DNA from: Candidatus Saccharimonadota bacterium
Lineage (GTDB): Bacteria; Pseudomonadota; Gammaproteobacteria; Enterobacterales; Enterobacteriaceae
Length of the DNA stretch: 32,000 bases
Reading direction: 5' to 3'
NCBI RefSeq assembly: GCF_014857065.1
Contig: NZ_CP046533.1
Span: 660,001 to 692,000 of the forward strand
Shown here in pieces: positions 20,599-30,549 of this stretch. The notes beneath the pieces were generated by a model that ran no database searches, was not told where the DNA came from, and worked only from the letters and a program-made list of their open reading frames with translations. The number at the start of each line of letters is the position of its first letter. Position 1 is the stretch's first letter. The translations under genes and the position numbers were made by a program.

Positions 20599-22454
20599 AT
20601 TTAGTTTATTTAACTATATTATTTCCTCTATTAGGATTTTTTTTATTGTCTTTTTCTCGTGGGGTATGGAGAAAGGAATTTTCTACATTAATAGGAGTTG
20701 GTAGTATAGGTTTATCTTTACTAATTAGTATTTATGTTACGTTTGATTATTTTATTAATGATTATGTTAATACAAGCGGTTACGTTAAATCTTTATGGAT
20801 ATGGATATCAATAAATACTTTTCACATTCCTATATCATTTATGATAGATGGGTTGTCTCTAGTCATGTTGGATATAGTCACAAGTATTAGCTTTTGTGTT
20901 CATCTATACTCTTCTTGGTGCATGCGAAATGATATGGGGTATTCTCGTTTTTTTGCATATATGAATTTATTCGTAGCTAATATGCTTATTTTGGTGCTTG
21001 CTGATAATTTATTATTAATGTATTTCGGCTGGGAAGGTGTAGGGTTATGCAGTTATTTATTAATTGGTTTTTATTATAATAATTCAAAAAATGGATTAGC
21101 AGCATTAAAGACTTTTGTTATTACTCGTATAAGTGATGTTTTTTTAATGTGTGGTTTATTTCTTTTATACGATCAATTTGGTACGTTAAACTTTCATAAC
21201 TTAACTGTGTTATCCTCTCAGAATGTTGTCGAATCTTCTACTTTGAGTTGTTTGGCTATTTTAATGTTAATAGGTGGATCTGTGGGCAAATCAGCACAAT
21301 TTCCCTTGCAAATATGGCTAACAGATGCAATGGTAGCGCCTGCTCCTGTGTCTGCATTGATTCATGCTGCTACTATGGTTACTTCTGGAGTATATCTTAT
21401 TACTCGTGTTCAGTGTTTGTTTTTGGTATTTCCTAAGATGTTAGATTTAGTTGCTATTATTGGTTCGATTACTTTGATTATGTCTAGTATTTGCGCATTA
21501 GTTCAAAGTGATCTGAAAAAAATTTTAGCGTATTCTACTATGAGTCAAGTTGGTTATATGTTTTTATCTATTGGGGTTCAGGATTGGTATGCATCTATTT
21601 ATCATTTAATGACTCATTCTTTTTTTAAAGCATTATTATTTCTTGCGTCTGGTTCTATTATTTTAGCTTGTCATAATGAACGGGATATTTTTAAGATGAG
21701 GGTATCATATAGATCTATGCCATTGATTTATGTTTGTTTTTTAATAGGTGGTTTATCTTTATCTTCATTTCCATTAATTACTTCTGGTTTTTATTCTAAA
21801 GAAGCTATATTACATAGTGTTGCATATATGTACGGTAATTATGGTATTTTTACTGTTATAGGATTGATAGGTTCTTTATTAACATCTATTTATACTTTTC
21901 GTATGATTTTTATTATGTTTCATAGTGAGAAAAAAATTGAAATATATACCGATTATTTCGATATTAAACATAATTTACCCTTAATTTTGTTATTAATTTT
22001 ATCTACTTCAATAGGATCTTGTATCAATTTGCCTTTAGATCATTATACATTGTCAGTTTCTTGTTCTGATGTTGGTAATAGTAATTTAATTCTTAAGCTT
22101 GTTTCTTCTAGTATTATAGTATTTGGTATATTTTTAGCAGGTGTTTTATGGTTATTACCAAGTCGTTTATTATATTTCAAATATAATGTTACAGTAGAAT
22201 GGTTGTTTTTTAAAATATTGTATTATTTTGATGGATTAAATTGGATATATAATCAGGTTTTTGTTAAACCATACTTGTTTATTGCTAAATTTTTAGTTTA
22301 TGATCCATTGAATTTCGTTTTTAATTATTTATGGAGATTAGTGCGATTGCTTGGTTTTTTATTGGTTTTGAATGATAATGGTAATTTAAGATGGTATTTA
22401 TTATTGATTAGTTTAGGATTGTTAGTTGTGGTGTTAAGTCTTTTATTTTTATAG
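20595..22454 (+). CDS. nuoL: NADH:quinone oxidoreductase subunit L
   Basis: 619 aa antiporter-like subunit with [16 protein letters not shown] and [12 protein letters not shown]. Its ATGA start overlaps the nuoK stop. Confidence 0.95.
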   Translation: MNLVYLTILFPLLGFFLLSFSRGVWRKEFSTLIGVGSIGLSLLISIYVTFDYFINDYVNTSGYVKSLWIWISINTFHIPISFMIDGLSLVMLDIVTSISFCVHLYSSWCMRNDMGYSRFFAYMNLFVANMLILVLADNLLLMYFGWEGVGLCSYLLIGFYYNNSKNGLAALKTFVITRISDVFLMCGLFLLYDQFGTLNFHNLTVLSSQNVVESSTLSCLAILMLIGGSVGKSAQFPLQIWLTDAMVAPAPVSALIHAATMVTSGVYLITRVQCLFLVFPKMLDLVAIIGSITLIMSSICALVQSDLKKILAYSTMSQVGYMFLSIGVQDWYASIYHLMTHSFFKALLFLASGSIILACHNERDIFKMRVSYRSMPLIYVCFLIGGLSLSSFPLITSGFYSKEAILHSVAYMYGNYGIFTVIGLIGSLLTSIYTFRMIFIMFHSEKKIEIYTDYFDIKHNLPLILLLILSTSIGSCINLPLDHYTLSVSCSDVGNSNLILKLVSSSIIVFGIFLAGVLWLLPSRLLYFKYNVTVEWLFFKILYYFDGLNWIYNQVFVKPYLFIAKFLVYDPLNFVFNYLWRLVRLLGFLLVLNDNGNLRWYLLLISLGLLVVVLSLLFL

Positions 22455-22556
22455 TTTGTAAAGATATTGACATTATAATTATTTAGTGTTGTTTTTTTGA
22501 TTTTTAATTTTATTTATTAATGTTTTAACTTTGGATGTTTTAGTTTTATTAAAATT

Positions 22557-24077
22557 ATGATTTTATTTTGGTGTGTTTTACTTCCTTTTATTACTGGTTT
22601 GTTATGTTGGCAAGGTGAACGGATTGCTGAATGGATTCCACGTTGGTTGGCTGTAATTGGAATTGGAATTTTTTTCATATTGGTTTTGTTTATATATAAA
22701 AAGCTACAATTTGCTTCGTTTGTAGCAAGTGTTGATTTACCGCAATGGCAAATTGAATTTTATTATTCTTGGATTGAACGTTTTGGAATTAGTATTCATT
22801 TAGCATTAGATGGCTTGTCATTTTTAATGATATTATTAGCTACATTTCTCGGATTTTTTTCTATTCTTTGTTCTTGGAAAGAAATTCATAGTAAACAAGG
22901 GTTGTTTTATTTAAATGTTTTATTTATTTTAGGCGGTAGCGTTGGTTTATTTATTGCAGTGGACCTATTTCTTTTCTTTTTTTTCTGGGAAATTGTTTCG
23001 GTTCCTATGTATTTTTTAATATCTTTATGGGGATTTAAAGGCTCCAACGTTCAATCTTCAATTAGAGCTGCCACCAAGTTTTTTATATATTCTCAAATTA
23101 GTGGATTTCTTATGTTGGTGTCTATCTTGGGTTTAGCTATAACGTATCATAATGTAAATAATATTTGGACTTTCAGTTACTCTGATTTATTATGTACGCC
23201 TATGTCGGAAAAGATAGAATTCTTATTGATGTTGGGTTTTTTCCTTGCATTTGCTATAAAAATGCCTATAGTTCCATTACATGGTTGGTTGCCTGATGTA
23301 CACGTTCAATCTCCGACGGCTGGATCTGTTGATTTAGCAGGAATTTTATTAAAAACATCAATTTATGGTTTATTACGTTTTAACATTACTTTATTTCCTC
23401 ACGCTTCAAAACAATTTTCGTTCATTGCTATGTGTTTTGGTATATTTAATATTTTTTATGGAGCTTGGACAAGTTTTTTACAAACAGATATAAAAAAATT
23501 TATTGCATATGTTAATATTTCTCATATGGGTTTTTTATTGATAGCTATTTATAGTGCTAGTCATTTAGCATATCAGGGTATTGTATTACAAATAATTTCT
23601 TATAGTATTTCTTCCGCAGGAATGTTTATTATTTGCGGTCAATTATATGAGCGTCTTTGTACTAGAAATATGAGTATTATGGGTGGTTTATGGAATAAAT
23701 TAGATTTGATTCCTGCTTTGTCTTTATTTTTTTCGATCGCAATGCTTGGATTACCAGGTACCGGTAATTTTGCAGGAGAGATTAGTGTACTTTTTGGTTG
23801 TTTTCAAGTAGAACCAATTGTTGCCGTAATATTATCTTTTAGTTTTGTTTTTTCTTCTGTGTATTCAATTATATTGATACAACGAATTTATTTCGGTGAA
23901 CAGACTTTTTTAGTTGTTATGGAATCTAATAATCGCATGACTTTACGAGAGAAATTTATTATTATTACATTAGCATTTTCACTGTTGTTGATTGGTTGTT
24001 ATCCTAAACTTATTTCAGACAGTTCAAGTCTAGTTATGAGTGGTATTTGTAATTTGTTAATTATGCAATCATATTAA
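22557..24077 (+). CDS. nuoM: NADH:quinone oxidoreductase subunit M
   Basis: 506 aa. FFFFWEIVSVPMYFLI, KMPIVPLHGWLPDVH and TAGSVDLAGILLK match NuoM. Confidence 0.95.
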   Translation: MILFWCVLLPFITGLLCWQGERIAEWIPRWLAVIGIGIFFILVLFIYKKLQFASFVASVDLPQWQIEFYYSWIERFGISIHLALDGLSFLMILLATFLGFFSILCSWKEIHSKQGLFYLNVLFILGGSVGLFIAVDLFLFFFFWEIVSVPMYFLISLWGFKGSNVQSSIRAATKFFIYSQISGFLMLVSILGLAITYHNVNNIWTFSYSDLLCTPMSEKIEFLLMLGFFLAFAIKMPIVPLHGWLPDVHVQSPTAGSVDLAGILLKTSIYGLLRFNITLFPHASKQFSFIAMCFGIFNIFYGAWTSFLQTDIKKFIAYVNISHMGFLLIAIYSASHLAYQGIVLQIISYSISSAGMFIICGQLYERLCTRNMSIMGGLWNKLDLIPALSLFFSIAMLGLPGTGNFAGEISVLFGCFQVEPIVAVILSFSFVFSSVYSIILIQRIYFGEQTFLVVMESNNRMTLREKFIIITLAFSLLLIGCYPKLISDSSSLVMSGICNLLIMQSY

Positions 24078-24115
24078 TATTTAAGAATTTATGTGATAAA
24101 ATTTGCTAACATACT

Positions 24116-25582
24116 ATGTTAATTACTTTTCAGCAGATATTTGCATTACTACCTTTATTAATAATAGGTGCATCTATATTATTTGTTCTATTATGTATTA
24201 TATTTATTCGAAATCATTTTATAATTTCAACTACAGTAGTAGTTGGATTGTTATTATCTTTGTTTTCTTTGTATTTTGTGTATCAAAATGGTACACAAGT
24301 TGTTACAGAATTATTAATAGTTGACTCTTCGTCTATATTTTATTCCATATTAATTTTACTTGCAGGTTTATCAAGTGTTATTTTAGCATACCCTGCATGT
24401 TTAAATACTTATTCTGGTAATCGTGAGGAATTTTACTTATTAGTTTTGATATCAGTTATGGGAGGCATTTTATTATCTTGTGCTAATCATTTAGTTATGA
24501 TTTTTCTTGGTATTGAATTAATGTCAATACCTTTATATGGTTTAATAGGGTATACTTATAGAGATAATATTTCTTTTTTAGGGGTAAGTATTAAATACAC
24601 GTTGCTGTCTACTGTATCTTCATCATTTTTGTTGTTTGGTATAGCATTGATGTATGTTTGTTTTGGTAAATTATCTATTGTAGATATAAAGAATTGTATA
24701 AATGAGAATAGTGTTATATTTCCAGAATTATTTATGTTAGGGTTAGGGTTTATGATAACTAGTTTTGGTTTTAAATTATCTTTAGTACCTTTTCATTCAT
24801 GGACTCCTGATGTATACCAAGGTACTTCGATTCCGGTAAGTCTTTTTTTAGCAACTGTTAGTAAAATTTCCGTTTTTGCAGTAATGATGAGAATATTTTT
24901 TCCATCGTTTCTTTTTTATGATGAAAAAATTAATTTAGTTTTAATTTTTATTTTTTGTATTTCTATGCTAGTTGGTAGCATATCAGCTACTAGACAAAAC
25001 TGTATTAGAAAAATTTTAGGGTATTCCTCCATTGCGCATCTGAGCTCTATTTTGCTGGGTTTATTAACTGGACAAAATAGTGAATTTTCTTTAGAAACTA
25101 TTGGTATATCTTTGATTAGTTATTTATTAGGTACTGTAGGAGTATTTAGTATATTGAGTTTAGTATCTCCTGGCATGAATGGTAAAAGTAATGATTCGTT
25201 ATTTTTATATCGTGGATTGTTCTTGAATAATCCTTTTTTATCTTTTGTTTTTACAGTATTGCTATTAAACTTGTCTGGTTTTCCAATTACTTTGGGTTTT
25301 ATTAGTAAGTTTTATCTAATTGTTTTAGGGATTACTAGTCAATTGTGGTGGTTTATTGGGGTATTTATAACATCCAGTATAATTAGTTTTTTTTATTATT
25401 TACGAATTATTATCAATTTGTACTCTTTTTCTTCTTCAAAATTGCTTTGTAATGTCCCTTTTTATTGGGGAATTACTCCTTCAGGTTTAATAATTATAAT
25501 TTCTTTTATTTTATTAGCGTTTTTGGGTATTTATCCCAAACCTTTAATTAATTTTGTGCAAATATTATATAATTATTACTAG
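24116..25582 (+). CDS. nuoN: NADH:quinone oxidoreductase subunit N
   Basis: 488 aa. GIELMSIPLYGLIGY, FKLSLVPFHSWTPDVYQG and GYSSIAHL match NuoN. Confidence 0.95.
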   Translation: MLITFQQIFALLPLLIIGASILFVLLCIIFIRNHFIISTTVVVGLLLSLFSLYFVYQNGTQVVTELLIVDSSSIFYSILILLAGLSSVILAYPACLNTYSGNREEFYLLVLISVMGGILLSCANHLVMIFLGIELMSIPLYGLIGYTYRDNISFLGVSIKYTLLSTVSSSFLLFGIALMYVCFGKLSIVDIKNCINENSVIFPELFMLGLGFMITSFGFKLSLVPFHSWTPDVYQGTSIPVSLFLATVSKISVFAVMMRIFFPSFLFYDEKINLVLIFIFCISMLVGSISATRQNCIRKILGYSSIAHLSSILLGLLTGQNSEFSLETIGISLISYLLGTVGVFSILSLVSPGMNGKSNDSLFLYRGLFLNNPFLSFVFTVLLLNLSGFPITLGFISKFYLIVLGITSQLWWFIGVFITSSIISFFYYLRIIINLYSFSSSKLLCNVPFYWGITPSGLIIIISFILLAFLGIYPKPLINFVQILYNYY

Positions 25583-25600
25583 CATTATTAATTTGTTTAA

Positions 25601-25915
25601 TTATAATTCTAATTCAAGATCTTCTGTTGGTATACAGCAGCAGGGTAAAATTTCATTATTATATATGCAAGCTAATGGTTCTTTTTGATAGTTGACACAC
25701 CCTTTTAACAACAAAATTTTACATACACCACAATAACCTGATCTACATTGATAATGGATTTTTATCTTGTTTTTTTCTAATAGCTCTAACAAAGAGTATC
25801 TTTTTTGCGAACTACGCCCATAATTAGGGAGGAATATGATGTTTTTATAAAGTGTTGATTTGATTCTAATTTTTATTTTTTCTTTATAATTGATAATCTT
25901 TAAGGTCATCATCAT
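25601..25915 (-). CDS. yfaE: 2Fe-2S ferredoxin-like protein YfaE (maintenance of the class Ia RNR cofactor)
   Basis: The core [12 protein letters not shown]...ILPCCC matches E. coli YfaE (YQCREGYCGSCR...ILPCCC), and the gene lies downstream of nrdB as in E. coli. The only ATG codons (25915, 25912, 25909) lie 26-32 nt inside nrdB and give a product about 20 aa longer than the 84-aa E. coli protein, so the true start is uncertain. Confidence 0.8.
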   Translation of the reverse strand: MMMTLKIINYKEKIKIRIKSTLYKNIIFLPNYGRSSQKRYSLLELLEKNKIKIHYQCRSGYCGVCKILLLKGCVNYQKEPLACIYNNEILPCCCIPTEDLELEL

Positions 25916-27014
25916 TCACTATTGCGTCTATTTGTCCAACTAAATAAGAACTGATTTCAGCTTCCTGAGGAGCAGTTTGTACGTTATCTGATGTTAACCA
26001 AGCATCAATCCATGGTATAGGATTAGATTTAATAGAAAATGGTATTTTAAATCTAAGAGCTTTCATTCGTGCATTTGTTATATATTCAATATATTGATGT
26101 AAGATCGCTTTGTTTAAACCAATCATTGATCCGTCTTGAAACAAATAATTAGCCCAATCTTTTTCCTGTTGTGCTGTTGTCAAAAATATACCATAGCTTT
26201 CTTGTTCACATTCCAATGCAATTTTCATCATTTCCGGATCATCTTTGCCAGAACGTAATAAATTAATTATATGTTGTGTTCCGGTTAGGTGAAGAGCCTC
26301 ATCGCGAGCTATTAATTTTATTATCTTAGCATTTCCTTCCATAATTTTTCGTTCAGCAAATGCAAAAGCACAAGCAAAGCTTACATAAAAACGAATAGCT
26401 TCTAATGCATTAATACTAATTAAGCATAAATAAAGCTTTTTTTTTAATTCCTGTAAATTAATTGTTACAATATGTTCATTAATTTTTTGTTTACCTTCAC
26501 CAAATAAATGATAATAGTACGTTAATTCAATTAAATTATTATAGTAAAAGGATATATCTTTAGCACGTTTTATGATGTTCTTATTAGTTATAATATTATT
26601 AAAAACAATTGAAGGATCAATCATAATATTACGTATAATATATGTATAAGAGCGAGAATGAATACTTTCTGAGAAAGACCATGTTTCTATCCATGTTTCT
26701 AATTCGGGAATAGATATAAGCGGTAATAATGCAATATTCGGACTACGTCCTTGAATAGAATCTAGAAGAGTTTGGTACTTCAAATTACTGATAAAAATGT
26801 GTTTTTCATGTTCTGGTAACTTTTGGAAATCAATTCTATCACGGGAGATATCTATTTCTTCAGGTCTCCAAAAAAAAGATAATTGTTTTTCAATCAATTT
26901 TTCAAAAATGTTGTATTTTTGCTGGTCAAAACGTGAAATATTTACTGGCTGACCTAAAAACATTGGTTCATTAAGTTGATTGTTATTTTTTTGGGAAAAC
27001 GTTGTATATTTCAT
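25884..27014 (-). CDS. nrdB: ribonucleoside-diphosphate reductase class Ia beta subunit
   Basis: 376 aa, the same length as E. coli NrdB. MKYTTFSQ..., the iron ligands in [10 protein letters not shown] and ARDEALH, and the C-terminus SSYLVGQID...DDLKDYQL all match. Confidence 0.96.
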   Translation of the reverse strand: MKYTTFSQKNNNQLNEPMFLGQPVNISRFDQQKYNIFEKLIEKQLSFFWRPEEIDISRDRIDFQKLPEHEKHIFISNLKYQTLLDSIQGRSPNIALLPLISIPELETWIETWSFSESIHSRSYTYIIRNIMIDPSIVFNNIITNKNIIKRAKDISFYYNNLIELTYYYHLFGEGKQKINEHIVTINLQELKKKLYLCLISINALEAIRFYVSFACAFAFAERKIMEGNAKIIKLIARDEALHLTGTQHIINLLRSGKDDPEMMKIALECEQESYGIFLTTAQQEKDWANYLFQDGSMIGLNKAILHQYIEYITNARMKALRFKIPFSIKSNPIPWIDAWLTSDNVQTAPQEAEISSYLVGQIDAIVNDDDLKDYQL

Positions 27015-27047
27015 AATTATAGATAATTATTCTCGATTTTATGTTAA

Positions 27048-29345
27048 TTAAATTTTACATGCTTCACTTGTACAATAATCTACTGGATTTATGTCTTGCA
27101 TATTCTCATGTACGTTTTTAGCACCGTCTCTGGTATTATGATAGTATAAGGTTTTTAAACCAAGTTTATATGAATATAATAAATCACTTAGCAATATTTT
27201 CATAGGTATTTTATTATTTGGGAAACGATAGGGATCATAATTTGTATTTGCAGAAATACTTTGATCTATAAATTTTTGCATAATGCCTACTAGCTGTAAA
27301 TAACCTGTATTGTTAGGCATATTCCATAGTAATTCATAATTGTTTTTTAGTTTTATTAGTTCAGGTACCGCTTGTTTTAAAGTACCATCTTTAGATGCTT
27401 TAATACTAACGTAGCCTCTTGGGGGCTCTATACCATTTGTGGCATTTAAAATTTGTGATGAAGTTTCTGATGGCATAAGAGCTGATAGAGTAGAGTTACG
27501 TAATCCGTATTTTGTGATATTTATGCGTAGAGATTGCCAATCGTAGTGTAATGATTCATCAACTATTAAGTCAAGATCTTTTTTATAAGTATCGATAGGT
27601 AAAATACCTTTTGCATAATTAGTTTCGTGAAACCAATTACATGGACCTTGTTCTTTCGCTAATTCGTTAGATGCTTGTAGCAAATAGAATTGAATTGCTT
27701 CAAAAGTACAGTGTGTTAATTTATTGGCGCTGCCATCTGAATAACGTACGTTGTTTTTAGCTAAGTAATACGCATAATTAATTACTCCTACTCCTAAAGA
27801 GCGTCGTTTTACGGCGCTGTGTTTAGCAGATAAAAGTGGATAATTTTGGTAATCTAGTAGTGCATCTAGAGCGCGTACTACTAGATTAGCTAGTTTAGAT
27901 AAATCTTTAAGGTTATTAATAGCTCCTAAATTAAAAGCTGATAGTGTACATAAAGCTATTTCCCCGTTAGCGTCATTAACGTTTTCTAATGGTTTTGTAG
28001 GTAACGTAATTTCTAAACATAAATTGGATTGTCTAATTGAGGCTAATCTGCTATCAAATGGGCTATGAGTATTACAATGATCCACATTTTGTATATAAAT
28101 ACGTCCAGTTGAAGCTCGTTCTTGCATTAACAAGGAAAACAATTCCACTGCTTTTATATGTTTTTTTCTGATGCTTCGATTTTCTTCATATAATATATAT
28201 AGTTTTTTAAACTGTTTTTGATCCGCAAAAAAGGCCTCATATAGCCCTGGCACATCCGATGGGCTAAATAGCGTTATTATTTCCCCTTTAATAAGACGTT
28301 GGTACATTAGTTTATTAATTTGTACTGCATAGTCTAAATGCCTGATCCTATTTTCTTCTGTACCTCTGTTATTTTTTAACACCAATAAATTTTCCACTTC
28401 TAGGTGCCATATAGGATAAAATAAAGTTGCTGCACCACCACGCACTCCTCCTTGCGAACAGGATTTTACTGCTGTTTGAAAATGTTTATAAAATGGAATA
28501 CATCCAGTATGAAATGCTTCTCCATTACGAATTGCACTTCCCAGCGCTCTTATTCGTCCTGCATTAACTCCTATGCCAGCTCGTTGTGAAACATATTTTA
28601 CTATTGCACTTGAAGTTGCGTTAATGGAATCTAAACTATCTCCACATTCAATAAGCACACATGAACTAAATTGACGAGTTGGTGTGCGTACTCCAGACAT
28701 AATAGGGGTGGGCAAGGATATTTTAAAAGTTGAAATAGCGTCATAGAATTGTTTAATATAATTCAAACGTGTTTTTGAGGAATATTTAGAAAATAAACAA
28801 GCTGATATTAACATATATAAAAATTGTGCACTTTCGTATATTTCTCCAGTAATCCTATTTTGTGCTAGATACTTTCCTTCTAGTTGTTTGATTGCAGCAT
28901 AAGAAAAATTCATATCTCGTCTATGATCAATGATAGAGTCCATATATTCAAAATCTTGGACATTATAGCTTTTCAATAACTCTTTATCGTATTTGCCTAA
29001 GTTAACTAGTTTTAAAACGTGATCATAAAGTTTTGGAGGTTCGAATTTGCCGTAAGCTTTTTTTCGTAAATGAAAAACTGTTAATCTAGCTGCTAGATAT
29101 TGGTAGTCAGGAGCTTTTTGTGATATTAAATCTGCAGCTGCTTTAATGATTGTTTCATGAATGTCTGATGTTTTTATTCCATCATAAAATTGTATGTGAG
29201 AACGTAATTCTACTTGAGAAACAGAAACATTACTTAAACCTTGAGCGGCCCAATTTACAACTTTATGAATTTTTTCAAGGTTAATTATTTCTTGTCGCCC
29301 ATTACGTTTGGTTACCACCAAGTTATGATTCATGTTTTTAACCAT
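27048..29345 (-). CDS. nrdA: ribonucleoside-diphosphate reductase class Ia alpha subunit
   Basis: 765 aa from the ATG at 29345. The in-frame ATG at 29333 gives MNHNLVVTKRNG and 761 aa, matching the E. coli start MNQNLLVTKRDG and its length. It is very strongly colinear (ATP cone, NLCLEI, PSETSS, C-terminal ACKI). Confidence 0.96.
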   Translation of the reverse strand: MVKNMNHNLVVTKRNGRQEIINLEKIHKVVNWAAQGLSNVSVSQVELRSHIQFYDGIKTSDIHETIIKAAADLISQKAPDYQYLAARLTVFHLRKKAYGKFEPPKLYDHVLKLVNLGKYDKELLKSYNVQDFEYMDSIIDHRRDMNFSYAAIKQLEGKYLAQNRITGEIYESAQFLYMLISACLFSKYSSKTRLNYIKQFYDAISTFKISLPTPIMSGVRTPTRQFSSCVLIECGDSLDSINATSSAIVKYVSQRAGIGVNAGRIRALGSAIRNGEAFHTGCIPFYKHFQTAVKSCSQGGVRGGAATLFYPIWHLEVENLLVLKNNRGTEENRIRHLDYAVQINKLMYQRLIKGEIITLFSPSDVPGLYEAFFADQKQFKKLYILYEENRSIRKKHIKAVELFSLLMQERASTGRIYIQNVDHCNTHSPFDSRLASIRQSNLCLEITLPTKPLENVNDANGEIALCTLSAFNLGAINNLKDLSKLANLVVRALDALLDYQNYPLLSAKHSAVKRRSLGVGVINYAYYLAKNNVRYSDGSANKLTHCTFEAIQFYLLQASNELAKEQGPCNWFHETNYAKGILPIDTYKKDLDLIVDESLHYDWQSLRINITKYGLRNSTLSALMPSETSSQILNATNGIEPPRGYVSIKASKDGTLKQAVPELIKLKNNYELLWNMPNNTGYLQLVGIMQKFIDQSISANTNYDPYRFPNNKIPMKILLSDLLYSYKLGLKTLYYHNTRDGAKNVHENMQDINPVDYCTSEACKI

Positions 29346-29637
29346 CTGTTCTTATTTCATATATGTAGTAGTTCAGAATATGCCACACGTTTATACATTC
29401 GTGTATATCAAAGTCATAATGTAAATTTATTATCATAGAAAATAACGTTAAAAATGTTATTTTGCAAGTGATATAATATCTTATTTCTTGTTTTGATTAC
29501 TTCCTTTGTTAATCATTTGATATAAATATTGTATGTCATTTTTGCAGGTTTGATGTATAACGGATTGATTTGTTTTTAATGTTTTTGAAGATATTTAAAA
29601 TAACAATTCATTTTGAGGGTTGCTGCGCTATATTTTA

Positions 29638-30372
29638 TTAATCGTGCTTAGCGTATATAATGTAGTTAACATCTATTTTATTGCATAGATAAAAACTATT
29701 AATTATTGGATTATAACATATTCCAACAATGTTTTGTTCCTGTAGAGGAGTTGTATCGATCCAGTTTAGTAGTTCAGATGGTTTAATAAATTTGTTAAAG
29801 TTATGTGTTTTTTTAGGTAATAGTTTAAATAAATATTCTGCTCCAATAATACTATATATCCATGATTTAAAATTGCGATTTATAGTAGAGAAATATACAT
29901 GTCCATTTTTTTTAATCACTGCGGCACAGCCTTGAATTAATGATAGTGGATTTGGAACATGTTCTAATACTTCCATACAAGTGATTACATCATAGTAGTT
30001 ATGGTATTGTTGTGCATGTTCTTCTATTGTTTGTTCGAGGTATCTAATATGTATATTATTTTTAAATGCGTGTAAATGAGCTGTTTTTAGTAGTTCTTTT
30101 GCAACATCTATTCCTGTGACTTTAGCTCCTTCTCGAGCCATGCTTTCTGATAAGATGCCGCCCCCGCAACCTATATCTAAAACTTTTTTATTAAATAATC
30201 CGTTTGAATGTTGGAGAATATAATTTAAACGTAATGGGTTTATTTGATGCAGTGATTTAAATTTATCTCTTTTTTTCCACCAAAGAAGAGCGGCGTTATT
30301 GAATTTGTTGATTTCGTTTAAATCAATATTTATTGTATTTGATTTAAACTCATTTCTTATTTCTTTTATCAT
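29638..30372 (-). CDS. ubiG: ubiquinone biosynthesis O-methyltransferase
   Basis: 244 aa. It has the SAM motif VLDIGCGGGILSESMAREGAKVTGID, CMEVLEHVPNP and FSTINRN. It is divergent from gyrA as in E. coli. Confidence 0.93.
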   Translation of the reverse strand: MIKEIRNEFKSNTINIDLNEINKFNNAALLWWKKRDKFKSLHQINPLRLNYILQHSNGLFNKKVLDIGCGGGILSESMAREGAKVTGIDVAKELLKTAHLHAFKNNIHIRYLEQTIEEHAQQYHNYYDVITCMEVLEHVPNPLSLIQGCAAVIKKNGHVYFSTINRNFKSWIYSIIGAEYLFKLLPKKTHNFNKFIKPSELLNWIDTTPLQEQNIVGICYNPIINSFYLCNKIDVNYIIYAKHD

Positions 30373-30549
30373 GGTTTATGTTTTACTGTAATTATCAGTG
30401 AATATAATTTGATCTTTTGACGTTTAGTTTGTTTTAATAGAGTACTTTGTTGCATTATAATATTTATTTTATACTATAATTAATTCTAGAAACAATAAAA
30501 ACTGGAATTATTCATTGGGACTGATACTAAGATTATGGGGACATATTTA

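Noticed and set aside
30373-30549. Several TATAAT hexamers (for example 30456-30461 and 30475-30480) in the ubiG-gyrA divergent spacer as promoters
   Set aside because: In DNA that is roughly 75-80% A+T, such hexamers occur by chance. None has a convincing -35 element or a correctly spaced TG motif, so I make no promoter call.
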